A stretch of DNA of 32,000 bases from Sinorhizobium meliloti (GCF_017876815.1 NZ_JAGIOS010000003.1:780001-812000), one strand, 5' to 3'. Positions 14,242 to 22,952 are shown, numbered from the stretch's first letter. A program made the numbers and translations. Notes: generated from the letters alone by a model not told the origin.

Positions 14242-16505
14242 ATCTTTACCGTGGCTGGTTTGGTCGCGCCGAAGGTGCGCGGCCCCTTTTTAACCTTTGC
14301 ACCTTGGCGCAGCGCGTTTCCAACGACGACGATCGAGGACAGCGACATGGCAAGCGCAGCAGCGAGCGGCGTGACCACTCCGCCGATCGCGAAGGGCACG
14401 CTGACGACGTTGTAGACGATTGCCATTGCGAAGTTCTGGCGGATCAGCACGTCGGCCCTCGCCGCGGTCTGGATGATGTCTCGGACAGCCAGCAGGCTCT
14501 GACCGAGAAAAACGAAGTCGGATGCGCTCCGTCCGACGTCCGTTGCCGACGAGGGGGCGATCGACACGTGCGCGGCCGCCAGCGCCGGCGCATCGTTCAG
14601 ACCGTCGCCGATCATCAGCACCTTGCGGCCTGTCGCCGCGAGTGCCCTGATGGCCTCGACCTTTTCACCCGGAAGCAGCTCAGCCGAAAACGCCTCGATG
14701 TCCAATTGCCCGGCGATGGACGAAACCGCGGCACTACGATCTCCAGAAAGGATGCGCACCGAAAGGCCGGCCGAGCGCAGCGTCTGGACAAGCTCGCGAG
14801 CACCGGGACGAACGGTTTCCTCGAACGCGAAAACCGCTATCGCTTCGGCGTCCTTCGACAGCACGGTGGTCGACGACGTTCCCAAGTCGACCTGCTTTGC
14901 AGTCGATGCCCAGGACGGGCGTCCGAGACGGTAGACCGCGTCCCCTGCCCGCCCCTCGATGCCGCAGCCATGAACCTCCTCGAGGCTGTCGAATTCCACA
15001 GGGGCCACGGGCCGTCGAGGGTCTGCCAAGGCGATGGCGACGGACGCGGGATGCCGTGAGACCCTCGCCATCGCGGCTGCCAGAGACAGGAGCCGGGGCT
15101 GAATGTCGCCCGCGTTGACGAGGCGCATCTCGCCGAGGGTCAGCGTCCCGGTCTTGTCGAAGAGTACGGTGTCGATTTCGTTCAACCGCTCGAATGCGGA
15201 TCCGTCGCGCGCCATGATGCCGCGTTCAAAGAGGCGCCTTACCGCAACTACCTGCACCATCGGAACGGCAAGTCCAAGGGCGCAGGGGCAGGTTATGACA
15301 AGTACGGCGATCGCAATGGTGACGGATTTGTGGAGGTCTCCGGTTCCAAAGAGCCATGCGACCATGGAAAGGAGGGCGACGCCATGCACGACTGGCGCAT
15401 ACAGGCTTGCAGCGCGATCCGCGATGCGACGGTAAGTGGAGCGCCCGCTCTCGGCAGCCTCCATCATGCGGGTCATCTCGGCCAGGAAGGAACCGTCGGC
15501 GGATGCGGTCGCCAAGAGGGTCAGCGGATTGGCGAGGTTCATCACGCCCGCCTGCAACGCGCTTCCCAGCGCGGCACGCCTCCACTCGCTCTCCCCTGAA
15601 ACGATCGAAGCATCAAGCTCCGAGGCGCCTTTGACGACAATGCCGTCGACCGGCGCGCGCTCGCCGGCGGCGACAAGCAGACGCATGCCCGGCTGGATCT
15701 CGGAAAGCGGGACGTAGTCAATCGCCTCGTCTGCCTGGACGACACTCGCGCCACGCGGCGAGAGCCTTGCAAGCGCTCCCACGGCGGAACGCGCCCGGCC
15801 CCGCATCAGATGGTCCAAAGTTCGGCCTGCCAGCAGTACGAACAGCAGGGACGTGCTCGCGTCGAAATAGGCAAAGGCCGCGTTGTGAAGGGTGTCGTAG
15901 ACGCTCAGGGCGAAAGCGAGGAGAACGCCGACGCTGATCGGAACGTCCATGTTGGTGCGACCATGCCGCAGCGCCGCCCAGGCCGAGCGGTAGAAGAACC
16001 TCCCGGAATAGACGATCGCCGGCAGAGCGAGCGCCGCCGAGACCAGGTGGAACGCATGGCGCGTCGCGGGATCGGCCCCGGACCAAACCGATACCGAGAG
16101 GATCATGATGTTCATCGCCGAGAAACCGGCGACCGCGAGCGCCTTCAAAAGGGAGGCAAGCACCGGGTCCTGTGTCTCCTCCTCGATGGAGGCCAGATGC
16201 GAAGCATAGCCGATCTTCGCAAGCGCAGCGGCGAAATCCGGACTCTCGTCGTCATTGCCCCGCCAGTTGATGGTGACCCGACGGGTAGACAGGTTCACGC
16301 GTGCAAGCTCGACGCCTGGGATTTTCCGGAGAGCGCCTTCGACGGCAGCAATGCAGGCGGCGCAATGCGCGTCGGGCAACGCCAATGCGATTTGGCGAAG
16401 GCCGTCGCCAAGGTCTCGGCTCGCGAGCCGGATCTCCTGGGGGGAGACGCTCGTCCGTGATGCCGCACCGGCGCTTGGGACGGCTATACCAGAGCAGCAG
16501 GACAT
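14238..16505 (-). CDS. fixI: Cu+-translocating P1B-type ATPase FixI/CcoI, 755 aa
   Basis: ORF 14238..16898 trimmed to ATG 16503-16505 (MSCCSGIAV...), 2 nt after the DUF2189 stop. HMA domain with CAAC, TM CPC motif (ITCPCALGLA), DKTGTLT phosphorylation site, GDGLNDAPAL hinge. Confidence 0.9.
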   Translation of the reverse strand: MSCCSGIAVPSAGAASRTSVSPQEIRLASRDLGDGLRQIALALPDAHCAACIAAVEGALRKIPGVELARVNLSTRRVTINWRGNDDESPDFAAALAKIGYASHLASIEEETQDPVLASLLKALAVAGFSAMNIMILSVSVWSGADPATRHAFHLVSAALALPAIVYSGRFFYRSAWAALRHGRTNMDVPISVGVLLAFALSVYDTLHNAAFAYFDASTSLLFVLLAGRTLDHLMRGRARSAVGALARLSPRGASVVQADEAIDYVPLSEIQPGMRLLVAAGERAPVDGIVVKGASELDASIVSGESEWRRAALGSALQAGVMNLANPLTLLATASADGSFLAEMTRMMEAAESGRSTYRRIADRAASLYAPVVHGVALLSMVAWLFGTGDLHKSVTIAIAVLVITCPCALGLAVPMVQVVAVRRLFERGIMARDGSAFERLNEIDTVLFDKTGTLTLGEMRLVNAGDIQPRLLSLAAAMARVSRHPASVAIALADPRRPVAPVEFDSLEEVHGCGIEGRAGDAVYRLGRPSWASTAKQVDLGTSSTTVLSKDAEAIAVFAFEETVRPGARELVQTLRSAGLSVRILSGDRSAAVSSIAGQLDIEAFSAELLPGEKVEAIRALAATGRKVLMIGDGLNDAPALAAAHVSIAPSSATDVGRSASDFVFLGQSLLAVRDIIQTAARADVLIRQNFAMAIVYNVVSVPFAIGGVVTPLAAALAMSLSSIVVVGNALRQGAKVKKGPRTFGATKPATVKI

Positions 16506-16507
16506 GG

Positions 16508-17314
16508 CTAGCGCAACGCTCTGTAGGCGTGCCAGGTGGCATGCCCGAGCAAGGGGAAGATCACAACAAGACCGATCATCGCCGTGGCTACGCTGACCAG
16601 GAACATCCCTAGCACGATCGCGCCCCAGACGAGCATCGGACGGAGGTTGTTCCAGACAAGCGCCACGCTGACGCCCATTGCCGTGAACGCATCGATGCGC
16701 TGGTCGAGCAGCATCGGTATGGAGAACACGCTGATAGCAAAGGAAAATCCGGCAAAAAGCGCGCCGATGAAAATGCCGACTGCAAGCATGGCCCAGCCGG
16801 TGGGCGTCGTTAGCAGCAGTTGCGTGACATGCCCTAGGCCGGGAAACGGCCGCACCCCGAAGAACAAGGCATAGATGAGCACGGCCGCGCGCATCCACAG
16901 CAGCATGAGCATGCAGAGCAGAAGCCCGGTAAAGAACACCTGGGCGCCGGCCACCGGCCTGACGCGCAGCATGCTCCCGAGACTGACCGGCTCGGATCGC
17001 TCGAGGCGCGAACTCTTCAAATAGAGCCCCGTCGCGAACAGCGGCGCGATGATCATAAAACCTGCAACTGCGGGGAACAGGAAATAGTCGCGTCCGGTGG
17101 CGAACAGGAGCCAGATGATCAGGAAGGAAACCACAAAGACGGCCACCCCGTAGCTCAGGCTGAGCATCGGATACGTGATCAGGTCACGCCAACCTTTCGC
17201 GAGCCACTCAAAGGGTGCCTGGGCCGGCAGATGGCGTTGCCACTTCGGATTCCAGGTCTCCTCTATGCCTGAGACCTCGCCTACCCACCGCTGTAACTTT
17301 CCAGTCCCTGACAT
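16508..17314 (-). CDS. DUF2189 polytopic membrane protein, 268 aa
   Basis: ATG 17312-17314 with GGAGAG 5 nt upstream (the GTG at 17326 is less likely). FEWLAKGWRDL...SLSYGVAVF...AGFMIIAPLFATGLYLKSSRLE matches my recollection of DUF2189. It lies between fixP/orf63 and fixI with gaps of 27 and 2 nt. Confidence 0.75.
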   Translation of the reverse strand: MSGTGKLQRWVGEVSGIEETWNPKWQRHLPAQAPFEWLAKGWRDLITYPMLSLSYGVAVFVVSFLIIWLLFATGRDYFLFPAVAGFMIIAPLFATGLYLKSSRLERSEPVSLGSMLRVRPVAGAQVFFTGLLLCMLMLLWMRAAVLIYALFFGVRPFPGLGHVTQLLLTTPTGWAMLAVGIFIGALFAGFSFAISVFSIPMLLDQRIDAFTAMGVSVALVWNNLRPMLVWGAIVLGMFLVSVATAMIGLVVIFPLLGHATWHAYRALR

Positions 17315-17341
17315 ATGTCTCTCCACGGGTGCACGATAACG

Positions 17342-17533
17342 TCAGCAGGATGATTTCGCGGCCCTGTACCGTCCCGGAGCCGATCCCGTTTCCTTCAGGT
17401 GAGCGACGCATCCGGGATCGCTGTCGATCGCGATGTAAAGCATGTGGGCGTTGGCACCGAGAAAGATGGCCGCGGCGACGAGGCCCCACCAGGCTAGGAG
17501 CGATCTGCTTCGTCTCGCGGCAGCTTTCGTCAT
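17342..17533 (-). CDS. Small single-pass membrane protein, 63 aa (orf63), translationally coupled to fixP
   Basis: Its ATG overlaps the fixP TGA (ATGA at 17530-17533). MTKAAARRSRSLLAWWGLVAAAIFLGANAHMLYIAI (positive N-terminus plus one TM), then DSDPGCVAHLKE...SSC. It is hidden in the track inside ORF 17342..17755. Confidence 0.5.
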   Translation of the reverse strand: MTKAAARRSRSLLAWWGLVAAAIFLGANAHMLYIAIDSDPGCVAHLKETGSAPGRYRAAKSSC

Positions 17534-18414
17534 CACGGTTTCTCCACGCCCAGAGAGTTGACGTAGAGCGCCAAAATCTTGATCTCCGCGGGTGTCAGCC
17601 GCTCGTCCCATGTCGGCATATGACCTTGGCGCCCGCCGTGGACGGATTCGATGATACCCTGCATCGTGCCGCCATAGATCCAATAGGCGTCGGTCAGGTT
17701 CGGAGCGCCGACCTCCCGACTGCCTCTCGCGTCCTCGCCGTGGCAGGCGGCGCAAGTGGTGAGGAACACTTCCCTGCCCGCCTCGATCCGGCCAATGTTC
17801 TCAGGCGTGGAGTATCCGGGATTGGTCAGCGAATAGACATAGGCGGCGACGTCGCGGACCTGATTGCGTTCGAGCATCTGGTCGCGTCCGAAAGAGGGCA
17901 TCTGCGCAACGCGGCTTTCGGGATGGCGCGTGTTGATGCCGACCCTGAGGGTCTGTGCGATATCCTCCGGTCCGCCGCCCCAAAGCCAATCGTCGTCGGT
18001 CAGATCCGGATAATTGCTCCGGCCCTTTCCGTCGACGCCGTGGCAGACGGCGCAGTTGTCGCCGAACAACTGATGGCCGGTGGAGCGGACAGTCTCCATC
18101 AACTGCTCGTCCGCCCTTATCTGCTCGTAGGAGAGCGTATCAATCCTCTTCTCCCAAACCGCCCTGGCTGCAGCCGCGGCGGCAAGCTTCTCTTCGACGA
18201 CGTTCCGCTCGTCGATTCCTAGCAGGCCCCTCGTATAGGTAGTGCCGAGCGGCCACGTCGGCAGCAGCACCCACCAGATCAGTGCGAAGACATGGGTGAC
18301 GACCAGGAAAAGCAGCACTCCTCGGGGAACCGGCGTGTCCAGTTCCTTGATGCCGTTCCACTCATGTCCCGTGGTCTTGCGGCCGCTGATCGGATCGACT
18401 TCCTCTACGTCCAT
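17533..18414 (-). CDS. fixP: cbb3-type cytochrome c oxidase subunit P (dihaem cytochrome c), 293 aa
   Basis: Two CxxCH motifs (CAVCHG, CAACHG), an N-terminal TM, and the conserved HEWNGIKELDTPVP start region. Confidence 0.92.
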   Translation of the reverse strand: MDVEEVDPISGRKTTGHEWNGIKELDTPVPRGVLLFLVVTHVFALIWWVLLPTWPLGTTYTRGLLGIDERNVVEEKLAAAAAARAVWEKRIDTLSYEQIRADEQLMETVRSTGHQLFGDNCAVCHGVDGKGRSNYPDLTDDDWLWGGGPEDIAQTLRVGINTRHPESRVAQMPSFGRDQMLERNQVRDVAAYVYSLTNPGYSTPENIGRIEAGREVFLTTCAACHGEDARGSREVGAPNLTDAYWIYGGTMQGIIESVHGGRQGHMPTWDERLTPAEIKILALYVNSLGVEKP

Positions 18415-18575
18415 GGCTGGTCGTCCTCATCGAGAATGTCCCTCTTGGCACGATCGAAACGCTCGCGGTTAGCGGGCCAGAACGCGTAGACGATCACGCA
18501 GATCGAGAACCCGATGAGGTAGAAGAGCCCCCAGGTCTTCGCCGCCTCCACCAATGTCTCGTGGGTCACGTCCAT
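18405..18575 (-). CDS. fixQ: cbb3-type oxidase subunit Q, 56 aa
   Basis: Not in the ORF track (too short). MDVTHETLVEAAKTWGLFYLIGFSICVIVYAFWPANRERFDRAKRDILDEDDQPWT. Single TM, correct position between fixO and fixP. Its stop overlaps the fixP start by 10 nt. Confidence 0.75.
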   Translation of the reverse strand: MDVTHETLVEAAKTWGLFYLIGFSICVIVYAFWPANRERFDRAKRDILDEDDQPWT

Positions 18576-18596
18576 GACGACGTTGTCCTTTCTCGC

Positions 18597-19349
18597 TCAA
18601 TCGCTGGGGTCGGGTACCTGTTCCGGCGCCGCGGTGTTCTGGTATGCCGCCTTGGTCAGCCGTCCGAGGACCTGCAGATAGGCGACGAGCGCATCCATCT
18701 CCGTGACCCGAGTTGCCACCCCGTCGAAGGCGCTGACCTGCGTCTCCTCCCCATAGCGTTCCGTCACGCCGGAAGACTGCTCGCTGTCGGGCACCGCCTG
18801 ACCGAAGGCGTCCCGCGCGGCGTTCTCGATCATCTCGTCGGTATAGGGCACTCCGACGCTTCGCTGCGCCTCCAGATGGGAGCCGAGATCGTCCAGCCGG
18901 AGCGGCGTCCGCGCCAGCCACGCATAGGCCGGCATGTTCGACTCCGGCACGACGTCCCGCGGATTGGTGAGATGGGCTACATGCCAGAAATCGGAATATT
19001 TGCCTCCTACCCTGGCGAGATCCGGTCCAGTCCGCTTCGATCCCCAGAGCATCGGGTGGTCATATTTGGATTCGACCGCCAGCGAGAAGGGCCCGTAGCG
19101 CTCCACCTCGTCCCGCAGCGTGCGGATCATCTGACTGTGGCACGCATAGCAGCCTTCACGGATGTAGATGTTGCGACCGGCGAGTTCTAGCGGCGTGTAG
19201 AGACGCATGTCCTCGACGTCCTCCACCGTCTCGTCGATGGTGAAGAGCGGAGCGATCTCCACGATGCCGCCGACGCTTGCCGCCAAGATGATCGCCAGCA
19301 CGAAGCCGATGGCGGTCCGCTCGAGCTTTCGATGAATAAGTTCGCGCAT
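18597..19349 (-). CDS. fixO: cbb3-type oxidase subunit O (monohaem cytochrome c), 250 aa
   Basis: ORF trimmed to ATG 19347-19349 (MRELIHRKLERT...), 4 nt after the fixN stop. CYACHSQ haem site. Confidence 0.92.
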   Translation of the reverse strand: MRELIHRKLERTAIGFVLAIILAASVGGIVEIAPLFTIDETVEDVEDMRLYTPLELAGRNIYIREGCYACHSQMIRTLRDEVERYGPFSLAVESKYDHPMLWGSKRTGPDLARVGGKYSDFWHVAHLTNPRDVVPESNMPAYAWLARTPLRLDDLGSHLEAQRSVGVPYTDEMIENAARDAFGQAVPDSEQSSGVTERYGEETQVSAFDGVATRVTEMDALVAYLQVLGRLTKAAYQNTAAPEQVPDPSD

Positions 19350-19353
19350 GTTC

Positions 19354-21009
19354 CTACTCCGCCGGTCCCGATGCCGCGCCTTCTGGCAACGGTGCGGCGA
19401 CCGGAACATCGTCGTGCCGTTCAGCCAGAGCTGGGACGCCGCGAACGGTCATCCAGATGTTGTAGGTGGCAACGACAGCTCCGATTAGGAACAGCAGGCC
19501 GCCGAAGGCACGGGCGATATAGTAGGGGTACATCGCCACGAGGGAATCCACGAATGAATAGGCGAGCGTCCCCTCCCCCGTATAGGTCCGCCACATCAGG
19601 CCCTGGATGATGCCCGAGTTCCACATTGCGAAGACGTAGATTACGGTGCCGGCGAAGGCGAGCCAGAAATGGACCTCGACGAGGGCTGCCGAATACATCC
19701 TCTCGCGCTTCCAGATCGCTGGCACGAGCGTGTAGAGCGAGCCGTAGGTGATCAACGCCACCCATCCCAGAGCCCCCGCATGGACATGGCCGACTGTCCA
19801 GTCGGTATAGTGCGACAGCGAGTTCACGGGGCGGACCGCGAGGAACGATCCCTCGAAGGTCGAGAGCCCGTAGAAGAAGGCGGCCATCATGATGAAACGC
19901 AGCGTCGCGTCGTCGCGAACCTTGTGCCAGGCCCCGTTCAGCGTCAGCAGGGCGTTGCCGGCCGATGCCCATGAGGGAACCAGCAGCATCACCGAGAACG
20001 TCATTCCGAGGTTCTGTACCCAGTGCGGCAGGGCCGTGTAGTGAAGGTGGTGGGAGCCGGCCCACATGTAGAAGAAGGTTATGCCCCAAAAGCTGAGGAT
20101 CGACAGCCGGTAGGAAAAGATGGGCCGCTCGGCTCGTTTCGGCAGGTAGTAGTAGAGCATCGCCAGGAAGCCTGCCGTCAGGAAGAAGGCGACCGCATTG
20201 TGCCCGTACCACCACTGCACCATCGAGTCCTGCACGCCCGCCCAGATCGTGTAGCTCTTGGCATGGCCGAGCGAGACCGGAACTGCCAGGTTGTTGATGA
20301 TGTGCAGGATCGCCACGACCACGATGAAGGCCATGTAGTACCAGTTGGCGACGTAGATGTGCGGCTCCCTGCGGCGCGCCAGCGTTCGGATGTAGAGGAC
20401 GAAATAGGTGACCCAGACGATGACGAGCCAGAAGTCGGCATACCATTCCGCCTCGGCATATTCCTTCGATTGCGTCACACCCATGAAATAGCCGGTCACT
20501 GCCAGGATGCAGAAGAGGTTGTAGCCGAACAGCACGAACCACGGACTGAGTTGATCTGCCAGCCGGGCGCGCGAGGTCCTCTGAACAACATGGAACGACG
20601 TTGCAATCAGGGCGTTGCCGCCGAACCCGAAAATGACCCCGGTTGTATGAGCGGGTCTGATCCGTCCGAAGCTCGCCCAGGCCGTGTCGAAATTGAGGCT
20701 CGGCCAAGCAAGCTGCGCCGCCGCCCAGACGCCGATGAACATGCCGAAGATCGCCCAGAACAGTGTGAACCAGACGCCGACCTTGATGGGATCGTCGTAG
20801 TAGCGCGAGATGCGCGACGGGTCCGGGGGAGGCCCAAACGAGCTGGACATGATGAGGTACAGCAATGCAAGGCTATAAAGGAGGACAACCGCTCCGTGTA
20901 CTCCGAGCGGGTCGAACCGGCCGGCCGCCGCCATGGCAATACCGACAATAGCCAGGACGAGCAGTATTGCCGCGGCCAGGTCCCGTTCACGCCTCGTCAA
21001 CTGTCCCAT
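19354..21009 (-). CDS. fixN: cbb3-type cytochrome c oxidase catalytic subunit N, 551 aa
   Basis: Full ORF, 12 or more TM helices, His ligands in WWYGHNAV and HHLHYT contexts. GAGGGAG lies 8 nt upstream of the ATG. Confidence 0.95.
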   Translation of the reverse strand: MGQLTRRERDLAAAILLVLAIVGIAMAAAGRFDPLGVHGAVVLLYSLALLYLIMSSSFGPPPDPSRISRYYDDPIKVGVWFTLFWAIFGMFIGVWAAAQLAWPSLNFDTAWASFGRIRPAHTTGVIFGFGGNALIATSFHVVQRTSRARLADQLSPWFVLFGYNLFCILAVTGYFMGVTQSKEYAEAEWYADFWLVIVWVTYFVLYIRTLARRREPHIYVANWYYMAFIVVVAILHIINNLAVPVSLGHAKSYTIWAGVQDSMVQWWYGHNAVAFFLTAGFLAMLYYYLPKRAERPIFSYRLSILSFWGITFFYMWAGSHHLHYTALPHWVQNLGMTFSVMLLVPSWASAGNALLTLNGAWHKVRDDATLRFIMMAAFFYGLSTFEGSFLAVRPVNSLSHYTDWTVGHVHAGALGWVALITYGSLYTLVPAIWKRERMYSAALVEVHFWLAFAGTVIYVFAMWNSGIIQGLMWRTYTGEGTLAYSFVDSLVAMYPYYIARAFGGLLFLIGAVVATYNIWMTVRGVPALAERHDDVPVAAPLPEGAASGPAE

Positions 21010-21315
21010 GAAGTTGCTCCCTCGTCATGAACGGCCCCTGACAACGATCATCTATTTCCCGAGGGAACAAATCAAGGCTTCAGCCGATCTTTTGCCGATA
21101 CGCACCTAGACTTGTGGTTCGGTGCTCCGGGGCACGGCACATGGTTCCCCCCATCCGCGCGTGACGTGGTTAGGAGATCAGCCAACCGCAGTCTTCTGGG
21201 ACGGGACTCACCGAAAGATGTGACTCCGTGGCGAAGCGCCGAAGAGGCGCGTGAGAGGGCTTCCGGGGCGAGGCCAAGTTTCGCCCGCAATTGGCTGAAC
21301 CGTGCCGGCATGTCT

Positions 21316-22437
21316 CTAAGAGACCCGTTTCACGCCGGGTGGCTGCCATGTTCCTTTGCCCGCAGGAAGGATCGAGGGTGGCGTAGTCTTCGGCCAATAT
21401 AGCCGCATCACCAGATAGATTGGGCCATCCGGGGCCGGAAGCCAATTTGCTTCCTTGCCCGCACCGGGGTTGTCTTTTTGAATGTACAGCGTCACCGAGC
21501 CGTCCGGCTCCGTCTTCATCCCCGGCAACATCGGAGAATTGATGAGGTAGCGATTGATCGGGTTCTTGACCAGGAACTGGCTCTTGCCGTCATACATCGT
21601 AACGGACCAGAACGCATTCACAGGCGGCAACTGGCCGGGTGGAAAGGTGAGTGTGTACTTGTGCTTGCTGCCGTCGAGCGGTTCCCCGGTCGCATCCGTT
21701 CTGGTGAAGGGGTACATGGCCTCTACTGCATCGTTGCCATAGAGGCCAGCCTTTGCAGCTCCGGCCCGCCTCAACCAATCGCCGTTGAAGAAGACCTCGT
21801 CGCCGAGAAGCGAGCTGACGTTCCAGCCGTTGATGGGTTTGTTTCCGCTGGCCAGCCATTTGTTGATTTTATCGTCACCCTGCTTCACGCCTATCAGCAT
21901 CTCGGCTTTGTGTTCGAGCGATAGTTCCTTGAACTCGAAGGTCTTGCCCGGGCCGATGCCAATCTTCGCAAGTTTCGCGCGAATAGCATTGTCCCTTAAG
22001 GTCTCGGGAACGAATTGCAGGGCCGCGTCGAGATATTGGAAGAAGTTGTCCTTGATCCCGGCGGTGGTGGCTGGAACGAACGCGATCTCCGGCGCGGCGG
22101 TCGGGGCGGGTTGCTTCAGGAATGCGGAAAGCGGCTGCGCCTTGTAGCCGGCCTGCACCTTTTCCACGTTCGGCATGTCTTCTACGTTGATAAGCTGGGT
22201 CCGAAAGTTGGCGAATACGAACGGGGTGGTCGATCGGAAGACCTGCTTGATGCCCTTGGGCTTCTCGCCTTTCCAGTCGGGTCCGACAACGAGATAGGAG
22301 CCTGGCTCGGTCCCGGTGGCGCGAGAGCCGATATATCCGAAATTGTAGGTGTTGCCGTCAATGAGCTGAACCGAGTAATAGCGCTCCTTGTCGACCGCCG
22401 GCACCGAGACCACCACCGGTTCAACGCGCAAGTCCAA
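21316..22437 (-). CDS. DUF1254/DUF1214 two-domain protein, apparently 5'-truncated (373 codons from a TTG)
   Basis: It begins inside the conserved LDL(R/x)xEPVVxxVP...RYYSxQ motif. The signal peptide and about 90 N-terminal residues I expect for this family are missing. The rest (YGNDAVEAMYP..., NAFWSVTMYD..., LVMRLYWP) looks intact. Confidence 0.65.
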   Translation of the reverse strand: MDLRVEPVVVSVPAVDKERYYSVQLIDGNTYNFGYIGSRATGTEPGSYLVVGPDWKGEKPKGIKQVFRSTTPFVFANFRTQLINVEDMPNVEKVQAGYKAQPLSAFLKQPAPTAAPEIAFVPATTAGIKDNFFQYLDAALQFVPETLRDNAIRAKLAKIGIGPGKTFEFKELSLEHKAEMLIGVKQGDDKINKWLASGNKPINGWNVSSLLGDEVFFNGDWLRRAGAAKAGLYGNDAVEAMYPFTRTDATGEPLDGSKHKYTLTFPPGQLPPVNAFWSVTMYDGKSQFLVKNPINRYLINSPMLPGMKTEPDGSVTLYIQKDNPGAGKEANWLPAPDGPIYLVMRLYWPKTTPPSILPAGKGTWQPPGVKRVS

Positions 22438-22439
22438 GC

Positions 22440-22952
22440 CAGCACCCCCGGTTCACCCTGTTCGTATCCCGTGACGACCGGGCTCTTGCCTTCTCGCGCA
22501 GGGTCTGGGGCGACATTCCCCGGCTCGGTTCGATCGACCCCGAGGCCGACCCCTACAAGCAGGAATTGGCGAACAACGAGATCACCGTCATCGATCTTAC
22601 CAAGATCAAGGCAGGCGACGGCATGCATCACGGCAAGTTCGCCGAGTCCCCGGAAGTCGTCCGGCTCATTGGGGCTCGCATCTCCGAAGGTCAGCCACTG
22701 ACCGACAGCCGGATCGGTCTCGGAGACCATCTCATTGCGGGCACGACGGGAGCCGCCGCAGCAGCTGGCAGCGCTGCCGGCCTGATCCTCGCTGCTCCGG
22801 TCGCCGCCATCGATCCGCATACCAGGGGCAACTACGCCAACCACGTCGGCGCGGCGATGGGACGGTCGGATGGCAAGCAGAAGATCGCCGTGACAGACTG
22901 CGTTTCGAGACAGTCGGCTGAGCGCGATCCGGCGTGCGCGCCGCAAAACTGA
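22440..22952 (+). pseudogene. 3' fragment of a DUF900-type alpha/beta hydrolase gene
   Basis: The in-frame translation from 22440 reads QHPRFTLFVSRDDRALAFSRRVWGDIPRLGSIDP...ITVIDLTKIKAGDGMHHGKFAESPEVVRLIG. This is the C-terminal part of DUF900 proteins as I recall them. The catalytic N-terminal half is absent. The track start (TTG 22566) is arbitrary. Confidence 0.55.

Noticed and set aside
13677-15059. A 460-aa plus-strand ORF antisense to fixI. Similar long antisense or alternative-frame ORFs occur at 4837..5751, 7241..8239, 7651..8424, 15810..16460, 17215..18222, 19421..20707, 20023..21030, 22182..23042, 27463..28482 and 27692..28573.
   Set aside because: All lie entirely within well-supported genes on the other strand or frame. 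Their compositions are Arg/Gly/Pro/His-rich, typical of out-of-frame translation of high-GC DNA. They lack SD sequences.
21039-21052. ATGATCGTTGTCAG upstream of fixN, considered as a FixK box.
   Set aside because: 8/10 only, and centred 36 nt from the fixN ATG. A -41.5 promoter would then start transcription inside the coding region. Not called as a feature.
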